Shown here one piece after another: positions 36,249-45,513 of a stretch of 64,000 nucleotides of DNA. The position numbers were made by a program, and so were the translations under genes. How positions within the stretch are numbered: position 1 is the stretch's first letter; each line of letters opens with the position of its first letter. The notes beneath the pieces are model-generated. The model did not search any database, was not told where the DNA came from, and worked only from the letters and a program-made list of their open reading frames with translations. Origin of the DNA: a virus; IMG/VR virus record IMGVR_UViG_3300012348_000173, positions 29,919 to 93,918 of that record; one strand, written 5' to 3'.

Positions 36249-37149
36249 TCTGGTTAATTGTAACTTGATTTATAAAACCCTTAGGCTGCGTTCCTTTTGG
36301 AATTTTATCAAAGTCATTCTTTTCAAGAGCAATAATATCATTGTATGTTAGCGATCTTGTTTCTTTAAATGATACTGAGATATCACACTCAATTGGCGAT
36401 CCATCTTCATGCCATAAGTTTGTGCTTCCGTTATATGAAACGTTTAGCGATGTTAAATAGCATTCCCATATCTTTGGTAAATATTCAATGTCAGCGCCGT
36501 TGCTTAAAAATCGAACGGTCCATGTAGGAGGATATTTTAAAGCCAATATGTCTGCCTCTGGATATAGTCCTCTTCGGAACAATTCGCATATGTTTTTAAT
36601 TTCGTCTGACTCTGGTTTGGTTGACCCAATTAGTTTAAACTTAAATCCATATGAACGTGTTCCTACACCAGTGAACTCAGTTGTCACGTGTGGATTAACA
36701 GTCATTTTCATCGCAATGCCTATGCCAGACTTAACCTGCTGACTTAGCCCTGGCATATTATTAATTGCTTGTATGCCCATACTAGCTAATCCAGGATTTC
36801 CTAAATTGTTTTTAAGTCTGTCGATTGCACCTTCAACTGTTAATGATTTAGCAAAATCGGTGATACCATTTGAGGCTATATTTGATGCAAGCGCAGACAC
36901 AGCTGAACCGACTACACCTAATGATGAATCATCATAACTAGCACCGTCCGAAAAATCTAATCCTTGAGGTATAGGAAAGCAAGCATAGCGCGTAGACTCA
37001 GATACATTACGAGGGTTACACTTAAATGCTATAATAGGCCTATTTTCTCTAAAATCAGTTTTAAGCTCTAAAGGATATGCCAACTCAGAACTAGACTGAG
37101 AGTTTCTCATCAAGCTTTCGGTTGACGGTATAAGAGGGTCAGTGGCCAT
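36223..37149 (-). CDS. gp48: Baseplate tail-tube cap
   Basis: NPHVTTEFTGVGTRSYGFKFKL, YPPTW, CYLTSLNVSY, SVSFKETR; start at MATDP (37149) inferred from promoter position. Confidence 0.85.
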   Translation of the reverse strand: MATDPLIPSTESLMRNSQSSSELAYPLELKTDFRENRPIIAFKCNPRNVSESTRYACFPIPQGLDFSDGASYDDSSLGVVGSAVSALASNIASNGITDFAKSLTVEGAIDRLKNNLGNPGLASMGIQAINNMPGLSQQVKSGIGIAMKMTVNPHVTTEFTGVGTRSYGFKFKLIGSTKPESDEIKNICELFRRGLYPEADILALKYPPTWTVRFLSNGADIEYLPKIWECYLTSLNVSYNGSTNLWHEDGSPIECDISVSFKETRSLTYNDIIALEKNDFDKIPKGTQPKGFINQVTINQNEVLPTTT

Positions 37150-37174
37150 ATAAATATACATTATTTATATGGCC
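37144..37174. promoter_or_regulatory. Palindromic pair of divergent late promoters
   Basis: GGCCATATAAATA-TACAT-TATTTATATGGCC; TATAAATA at 37149-37156 (+) and 37162-37169 (-). Confidence 0.8.
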
Positions 37175-37609
37175 TATCGTGGTAAGTACAGACCAAAAAA
37201 CCCTTCAAAGTATGACGGTGATCATACAAAAGTCACATACCGTTCATCGTGGGAGCGTGCTGTGTTTAAATGGTTGGACGAAAATCAAAACGTTAAAAAA
37301 TGGAGTAGCGAGGAAGTCATCATACCATACCGCTGTAAGACTGACAACAAAGTACACCGATATTTCGTTGACCTTAAAGTAACATTCAACAACGGTCAAA
37401 CTTACTTAATCGAAATTAAGCCTGAAAAGGAAACAAAGGAGCCTAAGATCAGGCAGCGTAAGACTCCAGCATACATCAAAGAAGTTATGACGTATGTAAA
37501 GAACATATCCAAATGGGACGCTGCTGATGAATATGCAAAAGATCGTGGATGTATATTTGAGGTGTGGACTGAGCGCACTATCAAGTCTTTAGGAATAAAG
37601 ATACTTTAA
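37169..37609 (+). CDS. gp4: Head completion nuclease
   Basis: MAYRGKYRPKNPSKYDGD, YRSSWE, WSSEE, HRYFVD, IEIKP, KWDAA. Confidence 0.95.
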   Translation: MAYRGKYRPKNPSKYDGDHTKVTYRSSWERAVFKWLDENQNVKKWSSEEVIIPYRCKTDNKVHRYFVDLKVTFNNGQTYLIEIKPEKETKEPKIRQRKTPAYIKEVMTYVKNISKWDAADEYAKDRGCIFEVWTERTIKSLGIKIL

Positions 37610-37630
37610 AGAGTTCACATAAATATAAAT

Positions 37631-38230
37631 ATGGCATCTATATTTACCAAGATACAGGACCGCGCTGAACGTGCTGGGATTACCCCATACACCGAAAAGT
37701 CCCGTAAATGGTTTATGCGACGCCTTCGTACCATGACGAACATCACGTCAAAGAGTATCCTTCAAGACTCGTCATTGACGCGTCGAAAGAAGCCTTTGAT
37801 TGGTCGTATGTTTATGTTTCTATATGACCCAAAGACAAAAGACACTTTACCATATTATGACCGCTTCCCGTTAATTCTAATGGTCGGTCCAGCCGAAGGC
37901 GGTTTTTATGGACTCAACCTCCACTACCTATCTCCAAGAAACCGCGCCGTTTTCTTTGATGAATTACAGCAGTTTCTTAATAATGATAAGATGGATGAGA
38001 CAACACGGTTCCGTTTAGCATACAGCACTTTGTCCCAAGTAAGAAAACTTCGCGCGTTTGCACCATGCTTTAAACATTATCTTTACAAGCACGTGCGTAG
38101 TCATACAGTTGAGATTCCACCGTCTGAATGGGAGATTGCTTTATTTATGCCAACCGATGATTTTGTTGGCGAAAAGAACCGAACCATTTGGAACATTTCA
38201 AAGAATTTAGTATCAGACATGAACAGCTAA
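37631..38230 (+). CDS. gp2: DNA end protector protein
   Basis: YDPKTKDTLPYYDRFPL, GLNLHYL, CFKHYL. Confidence 0.95.
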   Translation: MASIFTKIQDRAERAGITPYTEKSRKWFMRRLRTMTNITSKSILQDSSLTRRKKPLIGRMFMFLYDPKTKDTLPYYDRFPLILMVGPAEGGFYGLNLHYLSPRNRAVFFDELQQFLNNDKMDETTRFRLAYSTLSQVRKLRAFAPCFKHYLYKHVRSHTVEIPPSEWEIALFMPTDDFVGEKNRTIWNISKNLVSDMNS

Positions 38231-38231
38231 G

Positions 38232-38807
38232 ATGCCTACAATAGAAGACATAAAAACAGTGATAAGTCGCCGAGGCGGTTTGGCTAAACCAAACCGCTTT
38301 AAGGTAGACTTTGCGGGTTTAAGCGCAATCAGACTTGATGTTGATGTTAATTATAGCGATCTTAATTTTCTTGTTGATAACATCAGCATACCGGGGCGTG
38401 TAATTAACACATTTGAATATGCTATATTGAATCATTCGGTTAAGATACCATCTGCATACGATGAGGATGATGTAGAAATTGTGTTTAACCTTACAAACGA
38501 CTTTATGCCTAAAAAGATTATTGATGCATGGGCTGCAAAGGTAATTAACCAAGGATCATATCTTGCTTCATATGCAACTGACTATAAATGCAATGTAACG
38601 ATTTCTCAGCTAAATGAAAACGATGATGTTGTATATGCAGTCATATTAAAAGGCGCATACCCAATTGCTTCAAAGGGGTTATTCCTTGATAACAGCGCAG
38701 AGTCAACCGTATCTAGGTTTAGCTGCACGTTAACATATGATCGTTTTGAAAATGTCAAAGATGAACGTGAATCCTACGGACGTCCAATCTCAACGAATTT
38801 AGCATAA
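38232..38807 (+). CDS. gp54: Tail-tube initiator / gp19-gp54 family
   Basis: GGLAKPNRFKV, SIPGR, ISQL, LKGAYP. Confidence 0.7.
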   Translation: MPTIEDIKTVISRRGGLAKPNRFKVDFAGLSAIRLDVDVNYSDLNFLVDNISIPGRVINTFEYAILNHSVKIPSAYDEDDVEIVFNLTNDFMPKKIIDAWAAKVINQGSYLASYATDYKCNVTISQLNENDDVVYAVILKGAYPIASKGLFLDNSAESTVSRFSCTLTYDRFENVKDERESYGRPISTNLA

Positions 38808-38819
38808 GATATATACAAT

Positions 38820-39524
38820 ATGAGTTTACCAATTATTTCATCTCCAAAGTATACACTAGAGATTCCTTCAACACGTGAAGTTATTGAATACCGTCCTTTC
38901 CTTGTAAAGGAAGAAAAGATTTTGCTTATTGCGCAAGAAAGCCAAGATCAGGGGCAAATTATGAATGCGCTTAAGGATGTTGTTTCGGCATGTACTTACG
39001 GTAAAATCAATCCAGATAAACTTACGCCATATGATTTGGAATATGTTTTCATTAAGCTGCGCGCTAAGAGCGTAGGCGAAGTATCAACCGTTGGTATTAA
39101 ATGTAAAGAATGTAAGACAGATAATAAGGTTGACATTAACCTTGATGATATAACAGTAAGCGGAGAACTACCAAATTCACGCATACAACTTACAGACACG
39201 ATCGGCGTCAACATGAAGCCAATGTGCATGAGAGATCTCACAAAAATTGCCTTGAAGCAAAAAGCTTCAACCGCAGATCAGATGACCGATACAATCATTG
39301 CTAACATTGAAAGCATTTACGATCAAAGCACAATTTACCTTAAAGAAAATTCAACTCGCGAGGAAATGGAAGCGTTCATTGGATCTTTAAACCGCACTCA
39401 AATGAAAAAGATTGAGGAATTTATTGAAGGGCTTCCTAAGGTAAAGCATGATGTAAATTTTAAATGTACATCATGCTCAACAGTTAATTCTCAAACAATA
39501 AGCGGTATACAATCTTTTTTCTAA
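38820..39524 (+). CDS. gp26: Baseplate hub assembly protein
   Basis: YRPFLVKEEKILL, DLEYVFIKLRAKSVGE, two CxxC, C-terminal GIQSFF. Confidence 0.9.
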   Translation: MSLPIISSPKYTLEIPSTREVIEYRPFLVKEEKILLIAQESQDQGQIMNALKDVVSACTYGKINPDKLTPYDLEYVFIKLRAKSVGEVSTVGIKCKECKTDNKVDINLDDITVSGELPNSRIQLTDTIGVNMKPMCMRDLTKIALKQKASTADQMTDTIIANIESIYDQSTIYLKENSTREEMEAFIGSLNRTQMKKIEEFIEGLPKVKHDVNFKCTSCSTVNSQTISGIQSFF

Positions 39525-39694
39525 TATGCCTCTCACATGAATCTTTAGAAAATATCTATAGGACCAATTTTGCGTTGATGCATCAGCATAAATATAGTCT
39601 AACTGAAGTTGAAAATATGATGCCATGGGAGAGGGAAATTTACGTAAGTCTCCTTATCAATTTCATAGAAGAGCAAAACAAAAAAACACAATAA
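39521..39694 (+). CDS. gp51: gp51-like ORF (absent from ORF track), in the -1 frame of gp26
   Basis: Manual translation LICLSHESLENIYRTNFALMHQHKYSLTEVENMMPWEREIYVSLLINFIEEQNKKTQ*; first in-frame ATG only at 39578. Confidence 0.8.
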   Translation, partial: LICLSHESLENIYRTNFALMHQHKYSLTEVENMMPWEREIYVSLLINFIEEQNKKTQ

Positions 39695-39698
39695 GTAA

Positions 39699-41498
39699 AT
39701 GGCAACATCAGTGGAGCTATCAGACGAAAAGAATTTATCAACTGTCATCAATTATTTGCGTGATAGCAACGCAACTGAAGACCTGTTGCTAGATGAAGTT
39801 GTAACGCATAAAGACGTGTTGGCCAGCGATGCGTCTAAAAAGCTCGTCTCTGATGTTCCAGTGCTGCTAGAATATATCGGTGAAGTTTTGACTGACATGC
39901 TTGAAGTATCAAAAAGCATTGTTAAGAACAGTTTTCAGCTTATACAAAACGACAGAGAAAACGCAGAGGAAGCTCGTTTGCGCGCAAACGATAATAAGAG
40001 CAGCGATAGGGCGACTAGTTCTGTTACCTTTGGGGACGTTAAGAGTAAGCTGAATGAAGGCATTTTCGGAAATCTTCTATTAACTGGAATATTTGGGCTA
40101 GGTACAATCGTCGGTTTTGTTGAGGAGATTGTAAAAATGATTAAGAAGACTCGAATTGCGAAGTGGGTTAAGTCGATGACAACTAGCTTCAAAGAAACGA
40201 GTGTAGGAAAATTCATTGATGACGTATCAAAATTTGTCAGTACACAAGCTAACAAAATTAAAGAGTACACTGTTGGAATAGTTGATAAAGTAAAGTCATT
40301 CTCTAAAAATACTTTTGCTAAGCTATTCTCTAAAGACAAAGGTATATTTTCCTTCGTCGGTAAAGGGTTAGAATTTATACAAAAAGCCTTTTCATTTTTT
40401 AGGGGAGGCGGAAAGCTTAGCTTCATTGATGATATAGGTAAGCTATTATCAAAGTTTAGCTTTTTCTATAAAATCGGAAAAGGGTTTGGTAGAATTTTAG
40501 GTAAGCTAGCATTACCTTTGACAATCATCATCACTGCATTTGAAACTATATCAGCTGCAATAGAAGGATATAAAGCTGAAGGAATACTAGGTGCAGTTAG
40601 AGGTGGAATCGGCGGTCTATTAAGTTCACTTGTTGGTTCTGTAGCGGACTTGCTTAAAGATGGTTTATCTTGGGCATTTAAGAAGCTTGGTTTTGAATCA
40701 GTATCTAAAGCACTTGATAGTTTTTCGTTTAGTGAACTCTTAACAACTGGTGTTGATGCAATCTTTGACACGCTTGAGTATTTTGTTGAATATCTAAAAA
40801 CAGAATTTTCATTCACTAAGCTAAAGGAATCCTTTGATAAATTCGGATTGGCTGGTTTTCAAATAATGGTCGTCGGGGGAATAATGAACATGATGAAAGG
40901 AGCAGTTTCGTGGCTCCTAACAGTATTTGGGCAAACCGACGAAGCCGCAGCTTTAGATGGATTTTCATTTCAAGAATTCTTTAATTCTATTTTACAAGCT
41001 AGAAACGATCTTATCAACAAGATCAAAGATTCAGTATTTTTAGCTGTCTCTAAGATTGGTAAATGGTTTAACTCTATTCCACAAGAAATGGAAAATTTGC
41101 TTAAATCAACAGTTGATGTATCATCGAACTTAATAAAGACTATTCTTCAAAACGTATTACCTAAGCCTGATACGACAAAGTCATGGTATGATCCTATTAA
41201 CCTTGCAGCTGCAGCAATTCCAGCTAGCGTTTATGAATATGCTGGAATGGATCCGAAGACTGGTAAGGTTATTAGCACTGTAGGGATTGAAAAGCCCGCT
41301 GCTGTTACGCCTATACCGAAACAAACCGCGGCCGCTATATCAAATGGAGGAGTTGCTGCACCGGTTACAATCATCAACAATAACATAAACAAAGGTGGAG
41401 ACGTACACAACGTCTCGAACAGCAATGTCAATAATAACGTAAATGGCGCCGCCGGTCCAATATTAACCGGCAGCGCCATGGGATTATATGCGGTCTAA
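39699..41498 (+). CDS. Probable tape measure protein (gp29-like)
   Basis: 599 aa helical, hydrophobic Gly-rich central segments, NNN-rich C-terminus; follows gp26/gp51. Confidence 0.65.
   Translation: MATSVELSDEKNLSTVINYLRDSNATEDLLLDEVVTHKDVLASDASKKLVSDVPVLLEYIGEVLTDMLEVSKSIVKNSFQLIQNDRENAEEARLRANDNKSSDRATSSVTFGDVKSKLNEGIFGNLLLTGIFGLGTIVGFVEEIVKMIKKTRIAKWVKSMTTSFKETSVGKFIDDVSKFVSTQANKIKEYTVGIVDKVKSFSKNTFAKLFSKDKGIFSFVGKGLEFIQKAFSFFRGGGKLSFIDDIGKLLSKFSFFYKIGKGFGRILGKLALPLTIIITAFETISAAIEGYKAEGILGAVRGGIGGLLSSLVGSVADLLKDGLSWAFKKLGFESVSKALDSFSFSELLTTGVDAIFDTLEYFVEYLKTEFSFTKLKESFDKFGLAGFQIMVVGGIMNMMKGAVSWLLTVFGQTDEAAALDGFSFQEFFNSILQARNDLINKIKDSVFLAVSKIGKWFNSIPQEMENLLKSTVDVSSNLIKTILQNVLPKPDTTKSWYDPINLAAAAIPASVYEYAGMDPKTGKVISTVGIEKPAAVTPIPKQTAAAISNGGVAAPVTIINNNINKGGDVHNVSNSNVNNNVNGAAGPILTGSAMGLYAV
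41443..41479 (-). terminator. Intrinsic terminator for gp32, inside the 3' end of the tape-measure gene
   Basis: ATGGCGCTGCCGGT-9 nt-ACCGGCGGCGCCAT on the minus strand (14 bp with one G-U), followed by U-rich TTACGTTATTATT. Confidence 0.65.
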
Positions 41499-41504
41499 AA
41501 TGTA

Positions 41505-42443
41505 TTAACCGCGTGCAAGTTTCGCGAAGTAACTGATATCATCGTCCTCACCGTCCGAAGTTGTATCGGAAGTAAATGTTGGGATATCATCGTTGACATC
41601 GTCATACGAACTATTAGAAGCTGGAGCAGATTGTGCTTCAACACTGCGGCCGACATTGATTTCAGCAACAGGAGTATTTGCAACAGATGCAGATCCATTC
41701 ACTGCTTCTTCACCAAGAACTTCAATAAGCTTCTTTTTAAGCTCAGTGTAGGACTTGTAGTTGTTAGGATCGACGAAGTCCTTAAGACTGTGCAACTGTC
41801 CGTAGACTTCTTCAAGTCGAGAGTCATCGCCGTCAAACAATTCTGATGGCTTATCAAACTCGCTCTTGTCATAGTTGCGGTATCCTTCGAAGTTACGAAT
41901 CTTCAAACGGAAATTTGCACCACCCCAAAAGTCAAACGGATTAACCGGAGTCTCATCTTGGAATTGTGGTTGCATCAGATCGTTGATTTTGTCAAAGATC
42001 TTCTTCCCGTACTTATAAAGGAAAACCTTTCCTTCGTTTGCAGGATTACCTGGATCGCTAATCACTAGGACGTTAGAGACATAGTGCAAACGACGCTTAC
42101 GATCGCGCGCAACTTCTTTGTCCTTTTCGTTCCCGCTGTTCCAAAGAACAGAGTTAAGCTCGGAAACTGGGTCAACCTGACCAATGCTAGTCAAACTGTT
42201 TTCGATGTACCAACGGCCAGTTGGGCCTTTGAATCCATGATCCCAATAACGAACCCATGGAAGATCTTCACCTTCCTTAGCAGGGAGGAAACGAATAATA
42301 GCATATCCGTTACCAGTCTTATCAACCGTAGGCGCCCACATGCGATCATCGCCGTATGTTTTTGCGCTGGTTACTTTTTCAGCGGCATTTACCAATTTGG
42401 AAATAGCTGCTGCACGATTTTGCTTTAGTTTATCAAATGACAT
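41505..42443 (-). CDS. gp32: Single-stranded DNA-binding protein
   Basis: MSFDKLK start; DKTGNGYAIIRFLP, HGFKGPTGRWYIENS, NPFDFWGGANFRLK, acidic tail ending SYFAKLA. Confidence 0.97.
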   Translation of the reverse strand: MSFDKLKQNRAAAISKLVNAAEKVTSAKTYGDDRMWAPTVDKTGNGYAIIRFLPAKEGEDLPWVRYWDHGFKGPTGRWYIENSLTSIGQVDPVSELNSVLWNSGNEKDKEVARDRKRRLHYVSNVLVISDPGNPANEGKVFLYKYGKKIFDKINDLMQPQFQDETPVNPFDFWGGANFRLKIRNFEGYRNYDKSEFDKPSELFDGDDSRLEEVYGQLHSLKDFVDPNNYKSYTELKKKLIEVLGEEAVNGSASVANTPVAEINVGRSVEAQSAPASNSSYDDVNDDIPTFTSDTTSDGEDDDISYFAKLARG

Positions 42444-42482
42444 ATGTGTGTTTGTGTATTGTGTTGTATTGCGTTGTATGTT

Positions 42483-42516
42483 ATTGTATATTATTTGTTT
42501 ACACATGTAAACAAAT
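42483..42516 (-). promoter_or_regulatory. gp32 promoter overlapped by an 11-bp inverted repeat
   Basis: TTTACA(42511-06)-17-TACAAT(42488-83); ATTTGTTTACA-CA-TGTAAACAAAT at 42493-42516. Confidence 0.7.
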
Positions 42517-43126
42517 TTAATACAGTTTTTTTCGCCTTAGTAAGGTCAACTTTTGATCTTAAGAAGGGCTTGTAGCAAGCGACACGGTAGGTAATGTCAG
42601 AGACAATCTCTAACGGGTCGCTCACAAATTTATTTATACTTGATGTATAGTTCACCAAGGTATCAAGTATTACCAATGTCTCAATTGAGAGTTTACCTCG
42701 CGTGTATGCAAGGTAAATTGGTGGAAGGTCTTCGCGTAAAGATGGCTTGATGATAGAGTCAAAAGAACTTGCATTGTTTGCTAGGTCAGACATTGCAGAA
42801 CGGAAGTCATAATCCATTCGTTGAACGCGACCTTGCCAACCTACATAAGAATCATCATTCATTGAACCAATCCAAGTATTACCGTCAAGCAGGTTTGCAA
42901 GAAAGTATTCAATGCATGTATTCTTATGTGGGTACGCGCGCGCGATACGTTCAAACGCATACCGTTGTCGATGCGCCATAAAGGTTTCACGCTTGCATCG
43001 CGGTCCTTTGAAATTAAACCGAAAAGCATCGTATGCATTGTCCTTACGAAAATGTAAAGTCATTGCGGTATATGTACTCCATACATCAAATGGAGTAATA
43101 TTTGTTTCGGCTGATACACGTATCAT
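42491..43126 (-). CDS. gp59: Helicase loader
   Basis: Y.AM.LHF...YDAFRFN, YFLAN, ISIETLV-like LSIETLVIL, YKPFL; gp33-gp59-gp32 synteny. Confidence 0.88.
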   Translation of the reverse strand: MIRVSAETNITPFDVWSTYTAMTLHFRKDNAYDAFRFNFKGPRCKRETFMAHRQRYAFERIARAYPHKNTCIEYFLANLLDGNTWIGSMNDDSYVGWQGRVQRMDYDFRSAMSDLANNASSFDSIIKPSLREDLPPIYLAYTRGKLSIETLVILDTLVNYTSSINKFVSDPLEIVSDITYRVACYKPFLRSKVDLTKAKKTVLNLFTCVNK

Positions 43127-43374
43127 GCAAATCCAAATAGACTGTTTGGTTTAGGCAACAGATGATTGCGTTGTGCTTCTGCTTTTAGCTTTTCTTTAAG
43201 AGATCCGCTAACAAGCTTTGCAACGTCTTCAGGGTCGATACCTTTTGAGTCACATAAGTGCACAATTGCTTCAGCATAACCCATGCTTTCGGTACGCACT
43301 AAAGACTCAACTTGAGAGACTAGGTCTGATTTGGTAAGTAGGTTAATAACTGATTCTGGTGTAGGTGTTTTCAT
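43123..43374 (-). CDS. gp33: Late transcription co-activator
   Basis: YAEAIVHLC...IDPEDVAKLV..SLKEKLKAEA. Confidence 0.88.
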   Translation of the reverse strand: MKTPTPESVINLLTKSDLVSQVESLVRTESMGYAEAIVHLCDSKGIDPEDVAKLVSGSLKEKLKAEAQRNHLLPKPNSLFGFA

Positions 43375-44603
43375 GGTCTATGTTCAAGTACTTTTAGGAT
43401 GATTGTGTGTTCGTTTAGACGGCCGTTAGCCTTCTTCTTAGTAATCTTAACTCCATCAAAGATCTTATCGAGCTTCTTAGGATGTGTTGATAGTACGCCT
43501 GTAAGAATATCCTTAGGCTTACGTAGTGTTGCATGAAAGCTAAGTGCTTCATCAAATCCTTTAAGTGAAGTACCTTTAACTTCAAAGCCGTTATTACCAC
43601 TTGCAAAGTATACACCAATTTGGCGTGTCTTGGTATTGAATATGTATAGCCGTTGTGCGTATGGAATACGCGATGGTGCAACACTTTCCAATGCATACTC
43701 AGCTGAGTTAGCTTGATACTTAAGACGCTGCACTTGCTTATCTGCAGCCTTAGGCTTCTTGGCACGTGGCTTACGCAGTGCATTCTTAATCTTGCCGTGC
43801 GATTGCGTGTCTGCCTTGAGAGTCTCAAGAATAGATACAATCTTGCGCAAGTTTGGCTTAGATAAGTATGAATATCCTTCAACAATTTGAGGATCGGTTT
43901 TTTCGTAAGCAGCGCGATATTCTTCAAGATGACGGTCGACCCATTTAAGAATATCACCCAATCCTTGCGCTGGAATCTTTTGATCGCGCAACATATTGCC
44001 CAAGTTAATTGTGGCAATTCCTTTTGAAGTATCGGTCCAACGATCTAGGAGTTCGTCAAGATACACAAGGATATCTTTTTGAACACGTTCACGAATACGA
44101 TCAAGCGGCGTGATCTTTCTTTTTTCGCTTTGCGGCTTCGTCTCAACAGCAGTTCGTGAATCAATAGAGATTGCTTTTAGTGCCTTTTGAATCTCTGCAT
44201 TAACAACATCAGTTGCATCCTTAGGAACCAAAGGTTTCTCATCATCAGAGTTATATGTCTCCAATGTCTGAAAGTATTCTTCGGCATGTGGATGAATACT
44301 AGGCATTCCCATATCCATCATGCGAATCAACTTACCAACAGTCGTCGGTAAATACCACGGAGATGATTCTTTAATTAGGCTACATTCTTCTTTACTGTAG
44401 CCATTCTTTTTCATCCATGCAAGGACAATTGGTTTAAAAGAACCGCTATCAAGATAGTAGTTATAGAATCGCAGTGCACGTCCTTGCACATGATAGAACT
44501 TTTCAACGGTCCACTTTTCCCAATTGTGCCAATCGGGTTCTTCGCCTGTATACTTAAAATCAGGGCAGTGGACTTTGCCTGACTTATTAAACAGATTTGC
44601 CAT
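43371..44603 (-). CDS. Conserved hypothetical T4-like protein
   Basis: 410-aa ORF; LYIFNTKTR...FEVKGTSL...TLRKP...NGRLNEHTIIL C-terminus recurrent upstream of gp33. Confidence 0.75.
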   Translation of the reverse strand: MANLFNKSGKVHCPDFKYTGEEPDWHNWEKWTVEKFYHVQGRALRFYNYYLDSGSFKPIVLAWMKKNGYSKEECSLIKESSPWYLPTTVGKLIRMMDMGMPSIHPHAEEYFQTLETYNSDDEKPLVPKDATDVVNAEIQKALKAISIDSRTAVETKPQSEKRKITPLDRIRERVQKDILVYLDELLDRWTDTSKGIATINLGNMLRDQKIPAQGLGDILKWVDRHLEEYRAAYEKTDPQIVEGYSYLSKPNLRKIVSILETLKADTQSHGKIKNALRKPRAKKPKAADKQVQRLKYQANSAEYALESVAPSRIPYAQRLYIFNTKTRQIGVYFASGNNGFEVKGTSLKGFDEALSFHATLRKPKDILTGVLSTHPKKLDKIFDGVKITKKKANGRLNEHTIILKVLEHRP

Positions 44604-44838
44604 ATTCGTTTAGTGTTTGGTAAAATGCGGTAGCCTTTTGATATGAATGCGCATGCTGTATGCCTTTGGGTCTTTCATATGACCCAACAGCTTCTTCAAG
44701 CTTTTTTATGTATGTCATCCATTCACGTGGAGACAATGTCTTCTCGGCCATATGCATAGCGTCAAGACTGCCATAATAATTCATGCCAATCGTACCACAG
44801 TGTATATTGATTTGATCGTTAATTTTCTCGGATATCAT
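44587..44838 (-). CDS. Hypothetical protein
   Basis: Packed ORF. Confidence 0.6.
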   Translation of the reverse strand: MISEKINDQINIHCGTIGMNYYGSLDAMHMAEKTLSPREWMTYIKKLEEAVGSYERPKGIQHAHSYQKATAFYQTLNEYGKSV

Positions 44839-44839
44839 A

Positions 44840-45211
44840 TTACTTCTCTACCCAAAGGTCAAGTGATTTGAGGATTGCCTCAGTTCGCATATGAGGCGGA
44901 CAAGAAAGGAACATAACTGTCATCTCAACCGGATCAAGAACATCAGATGGTGCGATTTCTGAATTGCCATATACTTCATCGCAAATAACACACAACGCTT
45001 GAACCGCTGCAATACGCTGCTTATGCGTCAGTGTTACATTGACCCAACGTAGTTCATCGAGGCTATTGTAAAAATCGGGGATGATGACAAGACGGTTTTC
45101 ATCATCATACCCATGGAAGTTAGATCCAATTGCAATCCACTTGCCGGTAACTTCATCGGGCTTTAATCCGACAAATTCAGCAAGCGCAAAATTTTGACTC
45201 CACTGATCCAT
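44840..45211 (-). CDS. Hypothetical protein
   Basis: Packed ORF. Confidence 0.65.
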   Translation of the reverse strand: MDQWSQNFALAEFVGLKPDEVTGKWIAIGSNFHGYDDENRLVIIPDFYNSLDELRWVNVTLTHKQRIAAVQALCVICDEVYGNSEIAPSDVLDPVEMTVMFLSCPPHMRTEAILKSLDLWVEK

Positions 45212-45474
45212 TATGCGAGTACGATTGCAGTCTTAACATTAGCGACGATGAACGAACGCCATCCTTCAGCCTCAAGATCATATGCACGAATGATGTCTGG
45301 ATTATCCTCGAAGTTTTCATTCTTCGGAACTGGCGCGTGTGGAGCTCGTTTCAAATCACGTGTGCAACGCATAAGACGTTCACTACCGTCCTTCTTTGTA
45401 AATCCAATTTCGCAAACGTCACGTCCTAGTGCAGACAGCAAAGATTCTCTTGAGAGTTCAATTTTGTTTTCCAT
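45211..45474 (-). CDS. SH3/WYL-like (DUF2693-type) protein
   Basis: FTKKDGSERLMRCT...AYDLEAEGWRSF. Confidence 0.75.
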   Translation of the reverse strand: MENKIELSRESLLSALGRDVCEIGFTKKDGSERLMRCTRDLKRAPHAPVPKNENFEDNPDIIRAYDLEAEGWRSFIVANVKTAIVLA

Positions 45475-45480
45475 AAGCTT

Positions 45481-45509
45481 ATTATAATATACTTTGACCG
45501 TAATGTAAA
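45481..45509 (-). promoter_or_regulatory. Early promoter, leaderless configuration
   Basis: TTTACA-17-TATAAT-6 nt-ATG. Confidence 0.75.
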
Positions 45510-45513
45510 TGGA

